The notes under the pieces were generated by a model, which saw only the letters and a list, made by a program, of their open reading frames with translations, was not told the origin of the DNA and did not search any database. A stretch of 64,000 bases of DNA from an uncultured Pseudomonadales bacterium (GTDB taxonomy: Bacteria > Patescibacteriota > Microgenomatia > UBA1400 > PJMF01): the NCBI GenBank assembly GCA_964648715.1, contig CAZYNM010000002.1:25056-89055 (forward strand), given 5' to 3'. The stretch's first letter is position 1. Each line of letters begins with the position of its first letter. Of the stretch, positions 10,022 to 19,697 are shown piece after piece. The position numbers and the translations under genes were made by a program.

Positions 10022-10480
10022 ATGACCATAGAACAATTTGTGACAACTGTGTGTGAACACTGTGGTGTTGCTGCAGAAGATATTAGTGTTCAACTTGAAG
10101 AATCTGAGGGAATGATGCATGTACACATCACTCTTCCAGAAGAAGATTCAGGTAGATTCATTGGTTTCCATGGGGAAAGTCTTGAAGCATTGCAACGTGT
10201 TGCTCGTGTGGTGTTCGCAAAGGAATATCCAGAAACGAAATTGGTGATTAATATTAACCAATACCGAGAAGAAAGAAGTGAAAAACTGCAAGAGCTTACT
10301 AAATCTATTGTAGAACGTGTTCTTTCTACAGGAATGCCGTATACATTCCAGTCATATCTTCCAGCTCACGAACGTTTTATTATTCACTCCACCATATCTC
10401 AGGTAGAAGGTGCTGACGAAGTGCAAAGCATTTCAGAAGGTGAAGGAAAAAACAGACGTCTTACTATTCGCAAAAAATAA
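10022..10480 (+). CDS. jag: Jag/KhpB-like KH + R3H RNA-binding protein
   Basis: G.FIG.HGESLEALQ (KH), ERFIIH (R3H), SEGEG.NRRL; canonical position after yidC. Confidence 0.85.
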   Translation: MTIEQFVTTVCEHCGVAAEDISVQLEESEGMMHVHITLPEEDSGRFIGFHGESLEALQRVARVVFAKEYPETKLVININQYREERSEKLQELTKSIVERVLSTGMPYTFQSYLPAHERFIIHSTISQVEGADEVQSISEGEGKNRRLTIRKK

Positions 10481-10482
10481 CT

Positions 10483-10896
10483 ATGAAGCTAGAAATCTAT
10501 ACTGATGGTGGCTCACGAGGCAATCCAGGTGCCGCAGCAAGTGCTTTTATTGTTGTTGATGCAGAATCCCAGACCACCTTACAAGAAAAGGGTTTGAGCT
10601 TGGGAGTCGCAACCAACAACGAAGCTGAGTATCAAGCGTTTATAGAATCTCTGAAGTGGATTACAGAACAATCGTTTACACTTGAGAATGTGCTATGGAA
10701 GCTCGACTCTCTCTTGGTCGTACAACAGCTCAATAAAGTATGGAAAATTAAAGATGAACGGATGCAAAGCTTTGCACAAAAAGCCTGGACTCTTCTCCAA
10801 GAACTTGCTGTTCCCTACTCCATACAACATATCCCAAGAGAACAGAATGCACGTGCTGACGCAGTAGTGAACTCCACCCTAGATTCTTTATCCTGA
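10483..10896 (+). CDS. rnhA: Ribonuclease HI family protein
   Basis: YTDGGSRGNPG, ATNNEAEY, DSLLVVQQ, HIPREQN.RAD. Confidence 0.9.
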   Translation: MKLEIYTDGGSRGNPGAAASAFIVVDAESQTTLQEKGLSLGVATNNEAEYQAFIESLKWITEQSFTLENVLWKLDSLLVVQQLNKVWKIKDERMQSFAQKAWTLLQELAVPYSIQHIPREQNARADAVVNSTLDSLS

Positions 10897-10956
10897 ACTA
10901 TACGAACAGCAGGAAATTTTTTACAATGAGATATACGTCCAAGAACGTATTCCTCT

Positions 10957-13875
10957 ATGTCTCACTTTAACGTAACTACTGAAGTATACGAGCACACCAT
11001 ACCGGTTGTTATTTTTGATGAAAAAAGCATTCTCTCAGAAGAAATTCAGAAAGGATTAGCGCATTATCCTACCAGTATTTCTTGTTTAGAAGTATGGTCA
11101 GCAAAAATAGACTATGTAAAAATGTTGGAATCTGCATATAAAATTGTATGTGTTATCCACCCACAACAGTTTTCTGAAGAACAAATAACTCTTCTTAAAG
11201 AACTGGGCCCCTATCAGGAAAGCGTTGTTCTGGTTATTCCCATTTTTAGTGTTTTTTCACAAGAAATAGTGGGTGAAATTCCTCGACTTGAAGATGCATA
11301 TTACCAACAAAAATCTTGTATTGAGCTATGTAATACACTATTACCTCGTGCTACCTGTATCTTCATTAAAGACATGATATCCAAGCCAGGTACTGGCACA
11401 ATCCTTGATTATTTCTTTCAAAGTTTACAGGCAGACTTTGCCTTTATACCTACAGCAACCATGACGCTAGTTTCAAAAGAGCTTGCGATAGATACAGTTG
11501 TTCGTGAACTACTCAGACCTGAAAGAACCAGTAGCTGCATTCAGGGGCAAAAAAAAAGCTGTGAACAAGCCATAAAAAAAATTGCTTTTTTCTACGATCA
11601 ATATCATAGACACGACACAACCTTCCAAGTAGTGAAAGGACAAGAAGCTGCAAGCATACCTTTTAGCGTAAAGACGGTTGTCTTGAAAGAAAGCTTTGAA
11701 GATGTGTGTAGAACATATAGCCAAGAATTGCCAGCCCCTTCCCTCCTTCCTTTTGAGCTCCTCAAATCATCGGTAGATCTATCTCAAAGACACAGTAGTT
11801 TACCGGAAGAACAGCAAGTAGATGCAGTAATAACGCATGAAGAGTTGTCAGATGATTTTCAACAAACTGTATCTGGTAATGAGTTTGAACAAACTGAGCA
11901 AAAGGCAGCTCTACTGGATTCCATCCCCACTGAACAACAATTTGATTTGCAATCTGAACTGCAAAAGATATTTATTCCCAGTCGGAAAGAACAAAAGCGC
12001 GAACGAGTAGCTCAAGTACTTACAACTGTGCATACGATTGAAAAGAAAAAGAAAAAAAGAGCAGCACTATTTTATGGTGGGCTGGTATTTACCTTGGCGG
12101 GCGTTTGCGCTGGTGTTGCTAGTTGTATTTTTATTGTTTCATCTCACTTATACACACAAGTACTAGAAGATTATCTCTCTGCGCTGCTTACCGATAAACC
12201 AATCTCACAATCACTTACCAAAAAAGTTGAATTTTTCTCTGGAATTGTAAGTAAGCAAGTTGATATTTACACAACACTTTTTGAACTTCCTGCACTTGAT
12301 GAAGCAAAACACCTTCTCACCTTGCCAGCAGAAGCACGAGAAGTTTCTCTAAAAAAAAGAGAAAAAAATGAACGCCTTTTATTACTTATAAAAAGTATTC
12401 TCGGTAAGAGTGCGTCAGTATCTATTCATGACGAAATTGCGGCACTTGAAGGGCTAGAAAACCCAGAAAAAAACTACCAGTTCAATAGTGCTGTTCAGGT
12501 ACTTACTTTATCAGAGGAAGCACAAAAATCGCTTAAAGAGAAATTTAGCGGTGCCCAAGATACTTCAAAACAAGAAGAAAAGACTCTGCAGTTTGTGCAA
12601 ACAGCAGCACCATCCCTTTTTGGAGAGTCTTCTGAAAAGGTGTATGCGATTATTCTTCAAAATAATCAAGAATTACGACCTACCGGTGGTTTTATGGAAG
12701 CTGTTGCTTTGGCACATTTTAAGAATGGCTCACTCACGGATGTTCCTGTGTATTCATCGTATGAAATTGACAAAAAGTTACCCGGAGAAATTCCCGCACC
12801 AGCCGAGATAGCTCATTATACAGGAGAAAAAAGACTCACATTTTTTGAGACAAATTGGGAGCCAGACCTTCCAACGTCAGCTGAAAAGATACGCTTTTAT
12901 CTTCAAAAAAGTCTGGGAGTATCTGTGGATGGAGTTCTCACTCTAGACTTGTACGCTCTGCAACATATTCTTGAAGTGACTGGACCACTTGATGTTCCAG
13001 AACACAATGAAGTGATCACCAGCAAAAACATTTTTGAACGTATGGAAGCACACTCAGAAGTGGTGTTAATTCCCACCGCTGAACGCCGTGAGTATCGAGT
13101 GTTGATACTAGAAAAAATCTTAGAAAAAATGAGAACATTATCAGACGAAAAAATGATTCCACTTTTATCTGCTTTGCTCACTAATCTCTCAACCAGATCT
13201 CAACTGTTTACTACTTTTGACGCTGAAACTCAGGCTGGTTTGCAAAATCTTGGCTGGACCGGAAGTGTGATCTCTCCACCCTGCCCTACCGAGTTCCAAG
13301 ATCCTTGTCTGGTTGATACATTCTTAAACGTTGAAACAAATGTTGGTGTTAATAAAGCCAATGCTTCAATTCACCGCACAAGCACACACCGTATTGAGTT
13401 AACGGGAACAACAGTAGTACATACACACCTTCTTGAATTAACAAATACAGCTCTGTCTGGTGCCTGGCCAAAAGGTCCTTACAAGGTTTTCATGAGGACA
13501 TACTTGCCCTCCTCTGCTCGCTCAGTGCAAGTTGCTGTTGATAGCTCTCCTCTGCCCGCTACACAAATACAAATTGCTTCTGCATATGGCAAGAAAGTAG
13601 TGGCTTTCGCCTCCGAAGTCCCTTTGGCTTCTACAAAAAAGATAAGTATCTCCTACACAATCGATGCACCGTTACATGATTCAAGTTATGTTTTTGCCCT
13701 GCAAAAACAGGCCGGTTTATCTCAAGAGGCTGTTGCTGTCACTGTTTCTGTTCACCCTTCTCTTTCTCCGCAACTTATCACTCCAATAACTGACGTGATT
13801 GAACATGTGTATACCTTTCCTCCTCAAATAAAGCCCGTTGAGGTGTACGGATTCCAGTTCCATCAAGCAAAATAA
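10957..13875 (+). CDS. DUF4012-type large single-pass membrane protein
   Basis: LQNNQELRPTGGF, NWEPD.P.SA, VDGV, N.GVNKAN, QKQAG motifs; polybasic stretch then TM at about aa 370-395. Confidence 0.75.
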   Translation: MSHFNVTTEVYEHTIPVVIFDEKSILSEEIQKGLAHYPTSISCLEVWSAKIDYVKMLESAYKIVCVIHPQQFSEEQITLLKELGPYQESVVLVIPIFSVFSQEIVGEIPRLEDAYYQQKSCIELCNTLLPRATCIFIKDMISKPGTGTILDYFFQSLQADFAFIPTATMTLVSKELAIDTVVRELLRPERTSSCIQGQKKSCEQAIKKIAFFYDQYHRHDTTFQVVKGQEAASIPFSVKTVVLKESFEDVCRTYSQELPAPSLLPFELLKSSVDLSQRHSSLPEEQQVDAVITHEELSDDFQQTVSGNEFEQTEQKAALLDSIPTEQQFDLQSELQKIFIPSRKEQKRERVAQVLTTVHTIEKKKKKRAALFYGGLVFTLAGVCAGVASCIFIVSSHLYTQVLEDYLSALLTDKPISQSLTKKVEFFSGIVSKQVDIYTTLFELPALDEAKHLLTLPAEAREVSLKKREKNERLLLLIKSILGKSASVSIHDEIAALEGLENPEKNYQFNSAVQVLTLSEEAQKSLKEKFSGAQDTSKQEEKTLQFVQTAAPSLFGESSEKVYAIILQNNQELRPTGGFMEAVALAHFKNGSLTDVPVYSSYEIDKKLPGEIPAPAEIAHYTGEKRLTFFETNWEPDLPTSAEKIRFYLQKSLGVSVDGVLTLDLYALQHILEVTGPLDVPEHNEVITSKNIFERMEAHSEVVLIPTAERREYRVLILEKILEKMRTLSDEKMIPLLSALLTNLSTRSQLFTTFDAETQAGLQNLGWTGSVISPPCPTEFQDPCLVDTFLNVETNVGVNKANASIHRTSTHRIELTGTTVVHTHLLELTNTALSGAWPKGPYKVFMRTYLPSSARSVQVAVDSSPLPATQIQIASAYGKKVVAFASEVPLASTKKISISYTIDAPLHDSSYVFALQKQAGLSQEAVAVTVSVHPSLSPQLITPITDVIEHVYTFPPQIKPVEVYGFQFHQAK

Positions 13876-13984
13876 AAAAAAGCTGGTATAATCTATACCC
13901 TGTTGTGCTCAACACTCACGCATGTAGTAGTACTATAATTCAGGAAAAGAGAAAAAGATACATATTTCTTACTCATTAATAGAT

Positions 13985-14656
13985 ATGAAAAACACAGATG
14001 CGCATATATTTCACGTGTTAGCTCGCGATGTCCAAGGTAAAAAGAACAAAACCCTGTTGAATCAAGGTAAAATACCCGCAAACATCTTTGGACTGGGAGA
14101 CACATCTGCTCAGATAAGTATTGATTCAGCAATTATTACAAAACATCTCAAAGAGCAGGGCGATTCTGGTTTGGTGTATTTGCAAATCGGTGAAGGAAAA
14201 CAAATTCCTGTGCTTATTGAAGAAGTTCAATCAAATGCACTAACTGGTCAACCTATTCATATTTCATTCAAACGCGTAAACATGAATGTAAAAATAGTCT
14301 CAGAAGTTGCGCTTGAACTCACTGGTACACTTGAACTAGCAAATGCAACTGCACTCTTAACACAAAATGTGTTGAGTGTTGAAGCTTTACCAGCTGACCT
14401 TCCTGAGGGTATCGTTATTGATATATCTAAGCTTACCGAGGTGGGGCAGGGGATATACCTCAAAGATTTACCAATTGATCACTCAAAAATTACTGTGCTC
14501 TTATCTGAAGAAGAAAAAGAACAACCACTTGTCATAGTTAAAGAAGTAAAAGAAGAAGTAGTGGAAGAAACAACTCCTTCTGAAGCTACTGGAGAAGGTG
14601 CGGAAACACCTACCGAGACATCTGCCGCTGAAGAAGTAGCAGATAAGACTGAGTAA
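13985..14656 (+). CDS. rplY: 50S ribosomal protein L25 (Ctc-type, long form)
   Basis: GKIPANIFG, VLIEEVQ...HISF, VEALPADLPE.I.IDIS.L, acidic tail. Confidence 0.9.
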   Translation: MKNTDAHIFHVLARDVQGKKNKTLLNQGKIPANIFGLGDTSAQISIDSAIITKHLKEQGDSGLVYLQIGEGKQIPVLIEEVQSNALTGQPIHISFKRVNMNVKIVSEVALELTGTLELANATALLTQNVLSVEALPADLPEGIVIDISKLTEVGQGIYLKDLPIDHSKITVLLSEEEKEQPLVIVKEVKEEVVEETTPSEATGEGAETPTETSAAEEVADKTE

Positions 14657-14668
14657 TTTTCAGTATTT

Positions 14669-15091
14669 TTACTGTTTTTTAAACACCTGTGCGTTGGGAT
14701 CTAGTCTCTGTGCTTGTTCGAAGCTCTCTTGAGAGATTGAGTCTTTCCCGATGCTATGCGTGAGCAAACTGATGTTAATAAGAACATCTCGATGTGGGAG
14801 ATATGTCTGTTGTAATGAACGTAGTTGTCTATATCTTTCTTCTGCAGACGACAGCGTGAATGACACATCAGCGTGTGGTACATCCTGTGGTAGTGTAACT
14901 GGCAGTAATTGTTTATTTTCCGATACAAGCTTTGTTTGCTGGATGTGCACCAACATGCTCACCACAATGACAGACATCAATGCAATCGTATAAAAAAACG
15001 TTCGAATCTGCTTAACATGTAGCCAAAAGAGGCTGTGTAAAAAAAGAATTAGCACACAAAGAAGACGGATCCGAAACAGGAAAAAGGACAT
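14669..15091 (-). CDS. Hypothetical membrane protein with TPR-like C-terminus
   Basis: Two hydrophobic segments, then P.HRDVL.N...AQRLDPN; fills the gap between rplY and valS. Confidence 0.5.
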   Translation of the reverse strand: MSFFLFRIRLLCVLILFLHSLFWLHVKQIRTFFYTIALMSVIVVSMLVHIQQTKLVSENKQLLPVTLPQDVPHADVSFTLSSAEERYRQLRSLQQTYLPHRDVLINISLLTHSIGKDSISQESFEQAQRLDPNAQVFKKQ

Positions 15092-15114
15092 GCTCTTTTT
15101 ATAGCAGAAAATAC

Positions 15115-17352
15115 TTATCCTGCCCAGGATGAAGTAATCAAAAATTCTTCACTTACCAGTCCAATAGTCTTTAATTCCTGCCAGACTGCTTCGGTTACAA
15201 AAGGAATAAAAGGGTGTAATAACCTGAGGAAGGTAATTAAAATCTGTGTTGTCGCTTGTGAAGAAATGGTGCCTGCTTTTTGTGCTTCAATACACTCATC
15301 ACAAAACCAATGCCAAAATTCGTTATAGAGCGTATCCGCTACTAAACCAACCTTGTGCTCAGTCATGTTCTCTGTGACTTCTTTAACGATAGTGTTCAGT
15401 TTAGTCAATGCTGCAGCGTCACCCGTATGTGGAGCAGAATCAGCTTCATTTTTCTGATTCTCTAATATACAAAATCGACTCGCATTCCACACTTTGTTGG
15501 CAAAATTACGCGCTGCTTTGAAATCCTGTTCTCCCACTGACTTGTCTTGACCTGGGGTAGAGCGAATGATAAGCGCTAGTCGTAGCGCGTCTGCGCCATA
15601 TTTTTCTACAATAGCCAAGGGATTAATCACATTTCCTTTGCTTTTACTCATTTTTTGACCTTTTTCATCACGAACTAACCCATGCAGATACACATCACTA
15701 AAAGGTGCTTTGTCGGTGAGGTAGATGCTCATGAGCATCATACGCATCACCCAAAAGGGCAAAATATCATACCCAGTTTCCATAACTGAAGTAGGGTAGA
15801 AACGTTCAAAATCAGTGGGTTTCCCCGTTTTCAATGTTACAACAGGCCATTGTGCAGAAGAAAACCAAGTATCAAAGGTATCTGTCTCTGGTAAATACTG
15901 CTTGTTTGTTTGTGGTGCTTTTACAGAAATAGAGTAGGGGACATCGTTATCTGCAAAAAGTTGTTGCAAACCGCTGATTACATCTGAAAGTGTGTGCGTG
16001 TGCAGAATGTCGGACAACACTCCTTGTTTGAGTTCTTGATCTTTGGTTATGAACGAAACAGTTATCTTATCCTCATATCCTTCTACTTCGTACCATACAG
16101 GAATACGAATGCCCCACACAATTTGTCTGCTAATGTTCCAATCCTTGAGGTTTTCTAGCCAATGACGCAGAATCTTTTCCCTACCTGCTCCCAAGACTCG
16201 CGTCTCTCCAGAATCAAGTGCGCTAAGTGCAGCTCGGGTTAAGCTTTTATGAGAATCATTTACTTTGATAAAAAACTGAGGGAGTGGAAGTGGCTCTAAA
16301 ACACGACCACAACGATAACATGTTCCAATTCTATTTTGGTATGTTGTATCAATTTTTTCTATACAACCTTTTGTAGTAAGATCTGCCACAACTGCTTCAC
16401 GAGCAGCCTTCGTTGAAAGTCCGGTATACACACCTGCCTGAGAGGTCATCTTACCTCTTCTATCCACGGCTACAATAATGGGCAGACCATGCTTTTTAGC
16501 AACAGCAAAGTCATTGAAGTCATGTGCTGGTGTTAGCTTCACAATGCCAGTTCCAAACTCTTGATCAACAAACTCGTCTGCAATTATTTGCATTGGTGCG
16601 TCAGTTAAGGGATTCTTAACTTTTTTACCAATGAGATGCTTCGTCTTGGCGTTATCGGGATGAACAGCTAGATGTGTGTCTGCCCAGATGGGCTCAGGAC
16701 GCGTAGTAGCTAGTGTAATATACTGGGTTGGAGCGTCTACAAAGAAGTATTTTATGTAATACAACTGTGTGGTTTGGTCAATGTGATTTACTTCAAGTTC
16801 AGAAAAAGAGGTACCACAGTTCACGCAAAAATTTACCAACTGTAAGTCTCGGTAAACAAGTTTGTCTGCAGCTAATTTTTTAAATGTATCAGTAACATAG
16901 GCAATTACATCGTCATCAAGCGTAAAGGTAAAACGGCTCCAATCTGCACTTGCTCCAAGTTTTTTTATTTGATTGACCGCAATATCTGAATTTTCTTTTA
17001 CATAGGACATAATGTTGTTAAAAAGCGTTTGGCGATCAAAGTCAAATCGTGACTGATTATTCTTCTTTAATTTCTTCTCGTACACAAACTGTGTTTCAAT
17101 ACCCGCATGATCTGTACCCGGTATCCACACTGTGGCATCACCAACCATACGATGAAATCGTGTTAATGCGTCTTCGATAGAAACAAACATTGCATGACCA
17201 ATGTGAAGAGGATCATTGGCATTAGGTGGTGGCATAATAATACAGAATGTTTTTCCTGTTCGTGCATGTGCAACAGGTGCGAAACAACCAGCCTGTTCCC
17301 AGGATGTATAGATGTGTGTTTCTTGTGAGATATGCTCAAAGCGAGATTCCAT
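15115..17352 (-). CDS. valS: Valyl-tRNA synthetase (C-terminally short)
   Basis: PPPNANDPLHIGH, GTDHAGIETQ, TTRPE, GTGIVKLTPAHD, DWNISRQ.VWG, DTWFSS, KMSKSKGN. Confidence 0.95.
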   Translation of the reverse strand: MESRFEHISQETHIYTSWEQAGCFAPVAHARTGKTFCIIMPPPNANDPLHIGHAMFVSIEDALTRFHRMVGDATVWIPGTDHAGIETQFVYEKKLKKNNQSRFDFDRQTLFNNIMSYVKENSDIAVNQIKKLGASADWSRFTFTLDDDVIAYVTDTFKKLAADKLVYRDLQLVNFCVNCGTSFSELEVNHIDQTTQLYYIKYFFVDAPTQYITLATTRPEPIWADTHLAVHPDNAKTKHLIGKKVKNPLTDAPMQIIADEFVDQEFGTGIVKLTPAHDFNDFAVAKKHGLPIIVAVDRRGKMTSQAGVYTGLSTKAAREAVVADLTTKGCIEKIDTTYQNRIGTCYRCGRVLEPLPLPQFFIKVNDSHKSLTRAALSALDSGETRVLGAGREKILRHWLENLKDWNISRQIVWGIRIPVWYEVEGYEDKITVSFITKDQELKQGVLSDILHTHTLSDVISGLQQLFADNDVPYSISVKAPQTNKQYLPETDTFDTWFSSAQWPVVTLKTGKPTDFERFYPTSVMETGYDILPFWVMRMMLMSIYLTDKAPFSDVYLHGLVRDEKGQKMSKSKGNVINPLAIVEKYGADALRLALIIRSTPGQDKSVGEQDFKAARNFANKVWNASRFCILENQKNEADSAPHTGDAAALTKLNTIVKEVTENMTEHKVGLVADTLYNEFWHWFCDECIEAQKAGTISSQATTQILITFLRLLHPFIPFVTEAVWQELKTIGLVSEEFLITSSWAG

Positions 17353-17365
17353 AGGCGATAGTATA

Positions 17366-17842
17366 TCACCTGAGAGCCTTGTAGAGCGATTTTATTTCGT
17401 CAGAAAGGAGGAGCACAGCAGGTACGATAATAGTCAGTATGAAACCCCATGGCGTTCGTATGAACTGTACAACGTACCCAAATTTTGGGATGACAAGTAT
17501 AACGGTGCCTACTATTTGTGAAAGTGAAATCGTTTCGGTATCTGGAGTTTGATTGGCATCACCCTTGGTGGTGTAGCTGGGCGGTTGGGTTGTTCGTACA
17601 GCAGTAATGCGGTGTGTGATGGTGTGTTTGTTTTCATCCTTAAACGTTATGACTTCATTAAGTTGGTATGAATTGTGTTTTGCAATGATAATAATATCTC
17701 CCACACGTATTGTGGGTTCCATAGAACCAGATTGCACGACATAGCTTTTAAAAGGAGTATGTGTGCGGAAAAAGCGAACTGCTGCATACGTTGTAACTCC
17801 GGCTAAAATGGCAATAAAAAGTAAGAACAGAAATTGACGCAT
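17366..17842 (-). CDS. sipW: Signal peptidase I, SipW/ER-type (S26B)
   Basis: SGSMEP (catalytic Ser), GD, ITHRI (catalytic His), TKGDAN..D. Confidence 0.88.
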   Translation of the reverse strand: MRQFLFLLFIAILAGVTTYAAVRFFRTHTPFKSYVVQSGSMEPTIRVGDIIIIAKHNSYQLNEVITFKDENKHTITHRITAVRTTQPPSYTTKGDANQTPDTETISLSQIVGTVILVIPKFGYVVQFIRTPWGFILTIIVPAVLLLSDEIKSLYKALR

Positions 17843-17848
17843 AGCTAA

Positions 17849-18517
17849 CTATTCTTGAGTTGGTGATGAGGTTGCCCCGGGCAGTACTTGTCTCAGTTGG
17901 AAGGTAGTTGCAAAAGTGACACTGTCACTTTGTACCTCGTTCTCAAAATGGCTTTCTGCGACAGACCAAGAAAGCTCTACTGTTTTTGTTTCACCCGGTG
18001 GAATTATCACCTTTCCAGCTTTTTCCTGCCACAGTTGTGCAAATGTTTCACTTCCTTGAGTGCTTAGTATATGGCTAAAAAGTGTGGTAGATGAGCCGCC
18101 ATCTTTAAGTGAAACTGTGGTAGTGATGTGCTGGCCAAGTTCACCTTGATTGTCACCTGGGTCAGCACAAGTGGTATCAACCAGCGCCTCGGGTTCATTA
18201 CAACCGTTTTCAAGGTTGTGGATATTTGTTACCGCAAAATGCAGTTCACCTGGTAGTGTACCTACGTTTTTGATGTTCCATCGTTTTCCACCGTTTGTGA
18301 TATGTTGCGCACCTATGCCTTGTACTGTAAGGGTATCAGCTTGAGTAGAGGATTCTCCGCTCACAGTCATGTCTAGTGTACCCACTACAAATTGATTTTC
18401 ACCAGAAGTCTCTCGATCAATAAAAAGAGCTTGGGTGGTCATAAAGCCTACTACGGCAATCACAGAAAAAATAAAAACACTCTTTACTGCTATCAATGAA
18501 TGACTCTTTTTTTTCAT
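17849..18517 (-). CDS. TasA/CalY-like protein with SipW-type signal peptide
   Basis: MKKK-hydrophobic-TQA|LFIDRETSGENQFVVGTLD; N.GT.PG.L; NEVQSDS..F...F.L.Q; paralog of 19698..20342. Confidence 0.75.
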   Translation of the reverse strand: MKKKSHSLIAVKSVFIFSVIAVVGFMTTQALFIDRETSGENQFVVGTLDMTVSGESSTQADTLTVQGIGAQHITNGGKRWNIKNVGTLPGELHFAVTNIHNLENGCNEPEALVDTTCADPGDNQGELGQHITTTVSLKDGGSSTTLFSHILSTQGSETFAQLWQEKAGKVIIPPGETKTVELSWSVAESHFENEVQSDSVTFATTFQLRQVLPGATSSPTQE

Positions 18518-18540
18518 GCTCCACACATCATTGTCTCATT

Positions 18541-19122
18541 TTACTGCTGGTGCGTCCATGCACCCGTCGTTACTGTGTTTTGTAGTACTTCAGTATCGGA
18601 AAAGTGATCTTCTTCTGTTCGTTGTGTTGAAAAATCAAAAGCAAAGTGACAACTGCTATTCATAAGTTCAGACTCACTTCCTGGTAGCTCAAGAGCAAAG
18701 ACATAATCAAGTGCTGCGCTACCACTAGGAAGAACATCTGAAAAGTGTGCTTCAAGTAGAGGACCACTATAGACTGCTGCCCAATTCTTGAATATTTTAA
18801 GTTGTAAATTGACACACACTGCAGCTGTGCCACCTGTCTGGCGCGTGGAAAGGGTAAATGGTGTGCTCTGCTGCCCGGTATTTTTTATTCTCACGCTTTC
18901 TACTGCTAATCCTGTATATTTCATGTCAGAAATGGAGAAGAGGAGTGAAGTATCTTGTTCTGTTGCCGAGTTTAATTGGGAAAAGTCGAGTGTTGTTGCT
19001 TGCAGAGAGTGTGGGCTAACAACTTCTTCATCAAATAAATCCGCGTCAGTGAAATCGGAATAGCCAGCAAATAATGCTGTAATGAAAATGACAAGTAGGA
19101 GGAAACGTACTCCGTGCTTCAC
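18541..19122 (-). CDS. Divergent TasA-like protein with SipW-type signal peptide
   Basis: Hydrophobic leader then TDADLFDEEVVSPHSLQATTLD, IKNTG. The ORF extends to 19194; GTG at 19122 removes the overlap with the upstream gene. Confidence 0.6.
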   Translation of the reverse strand: MKHGVRFLLLVIFITALFAGYSDFTDADLFDEEVVSPHSLQATTLDFSQLNSATEQDTSLLFSISDMKYTGLAVESVRIKNTGQQSTPFTLSTRQTGGTAAVCVNLQLKIFKNWAAVYSGPLLEAHFSDVLPSGSAALDYVFALELPGSESELMNSSCHFAFDFSTQRTEEDHFSDTEVLQNTVTTGAWTHQQ

Positions 19123-19129
19123 CGTATCT

Positions 19130-19630
19130 TTATGTACTTGTACGTTGTTTCTTAAATACTTCAGATGCAGCAATGACAACAAGTGGAGTGACAATTAGGA
19201 TGAAAACACCTGGTCTACTACTGGCGTATAAAAGAACCTTTCCAATTTTTGGAATTGAAAATAGTAGCTTTCCAATAACTTTATCTTGAGACACAGGATC
19301 AACATCTTTGGTTTTATTGTTATCACCCTTGGTTGTATAGGAGAAAGCGTCCGTGGTTTTTTTCTCGATAATCCTGTGCGTAATGACAGAGTCTTTTGTT
19401 CCTCTAAAGGTAATGACATCATGTACTGCATACTCCGGTGCTTCACGAGTAAAAATTACGTCGCCCGGTGTGAGCATAGGAAGCATAGAGCCTGTTGTGA
19501 CGATGAAACTGCGAAAAGGTAATCCACTTGATTGTCGTGCAGATGCACCAATTAAAAGAGATGCAATTGCATAGCTACAGTACACAATCCAAAAAAGTAT
19601 TTGTGCCAAGTGAAGTAAAGCATGTTTCAT
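19130..19630 (-). CDS. sipW: Second SipW/ER-type signal peptidase I
   Basis: TGSMLP, PGD, ITHRI, TKGDNN..D. Confidence 0.88.
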   Translation of the reverse strand: MKHALLHLAQILFWIVYCSYAIASLLIGASARQSSGLPFRSFIVTTGSMLPMLTPGDVIFTREAPEYAVHDVITFRGTKDSVITHRIIEKKTTDAFSYTTKGDNNKTKDVDPVSQDKVIGKLLFSIPKIGKVLLYASSRPGVFILIVTPLVVIAASEVFKKQRTST

Positions 19631-19644
19631 TGTTTCTTTCCTTT

Positions 19645-19682
19645 AACGCAAAGAGGAGGGGACACCCCTCCTCATATGCGTT
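19645..19682 (-). terminator. GC-rich stem-loop after the first TasA-like gene (partial terminator or mRNA stabiliser)
   Basis: GAGGAGGGG-ACA-CCCCTCCTC (19653-19673) flanked by AACGCA/TGCGTT; only a short T run follows on the minus strand. Confidence 0.55.
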
Positions 19683-19697
19683 TAGTGTTCGTTAGTA

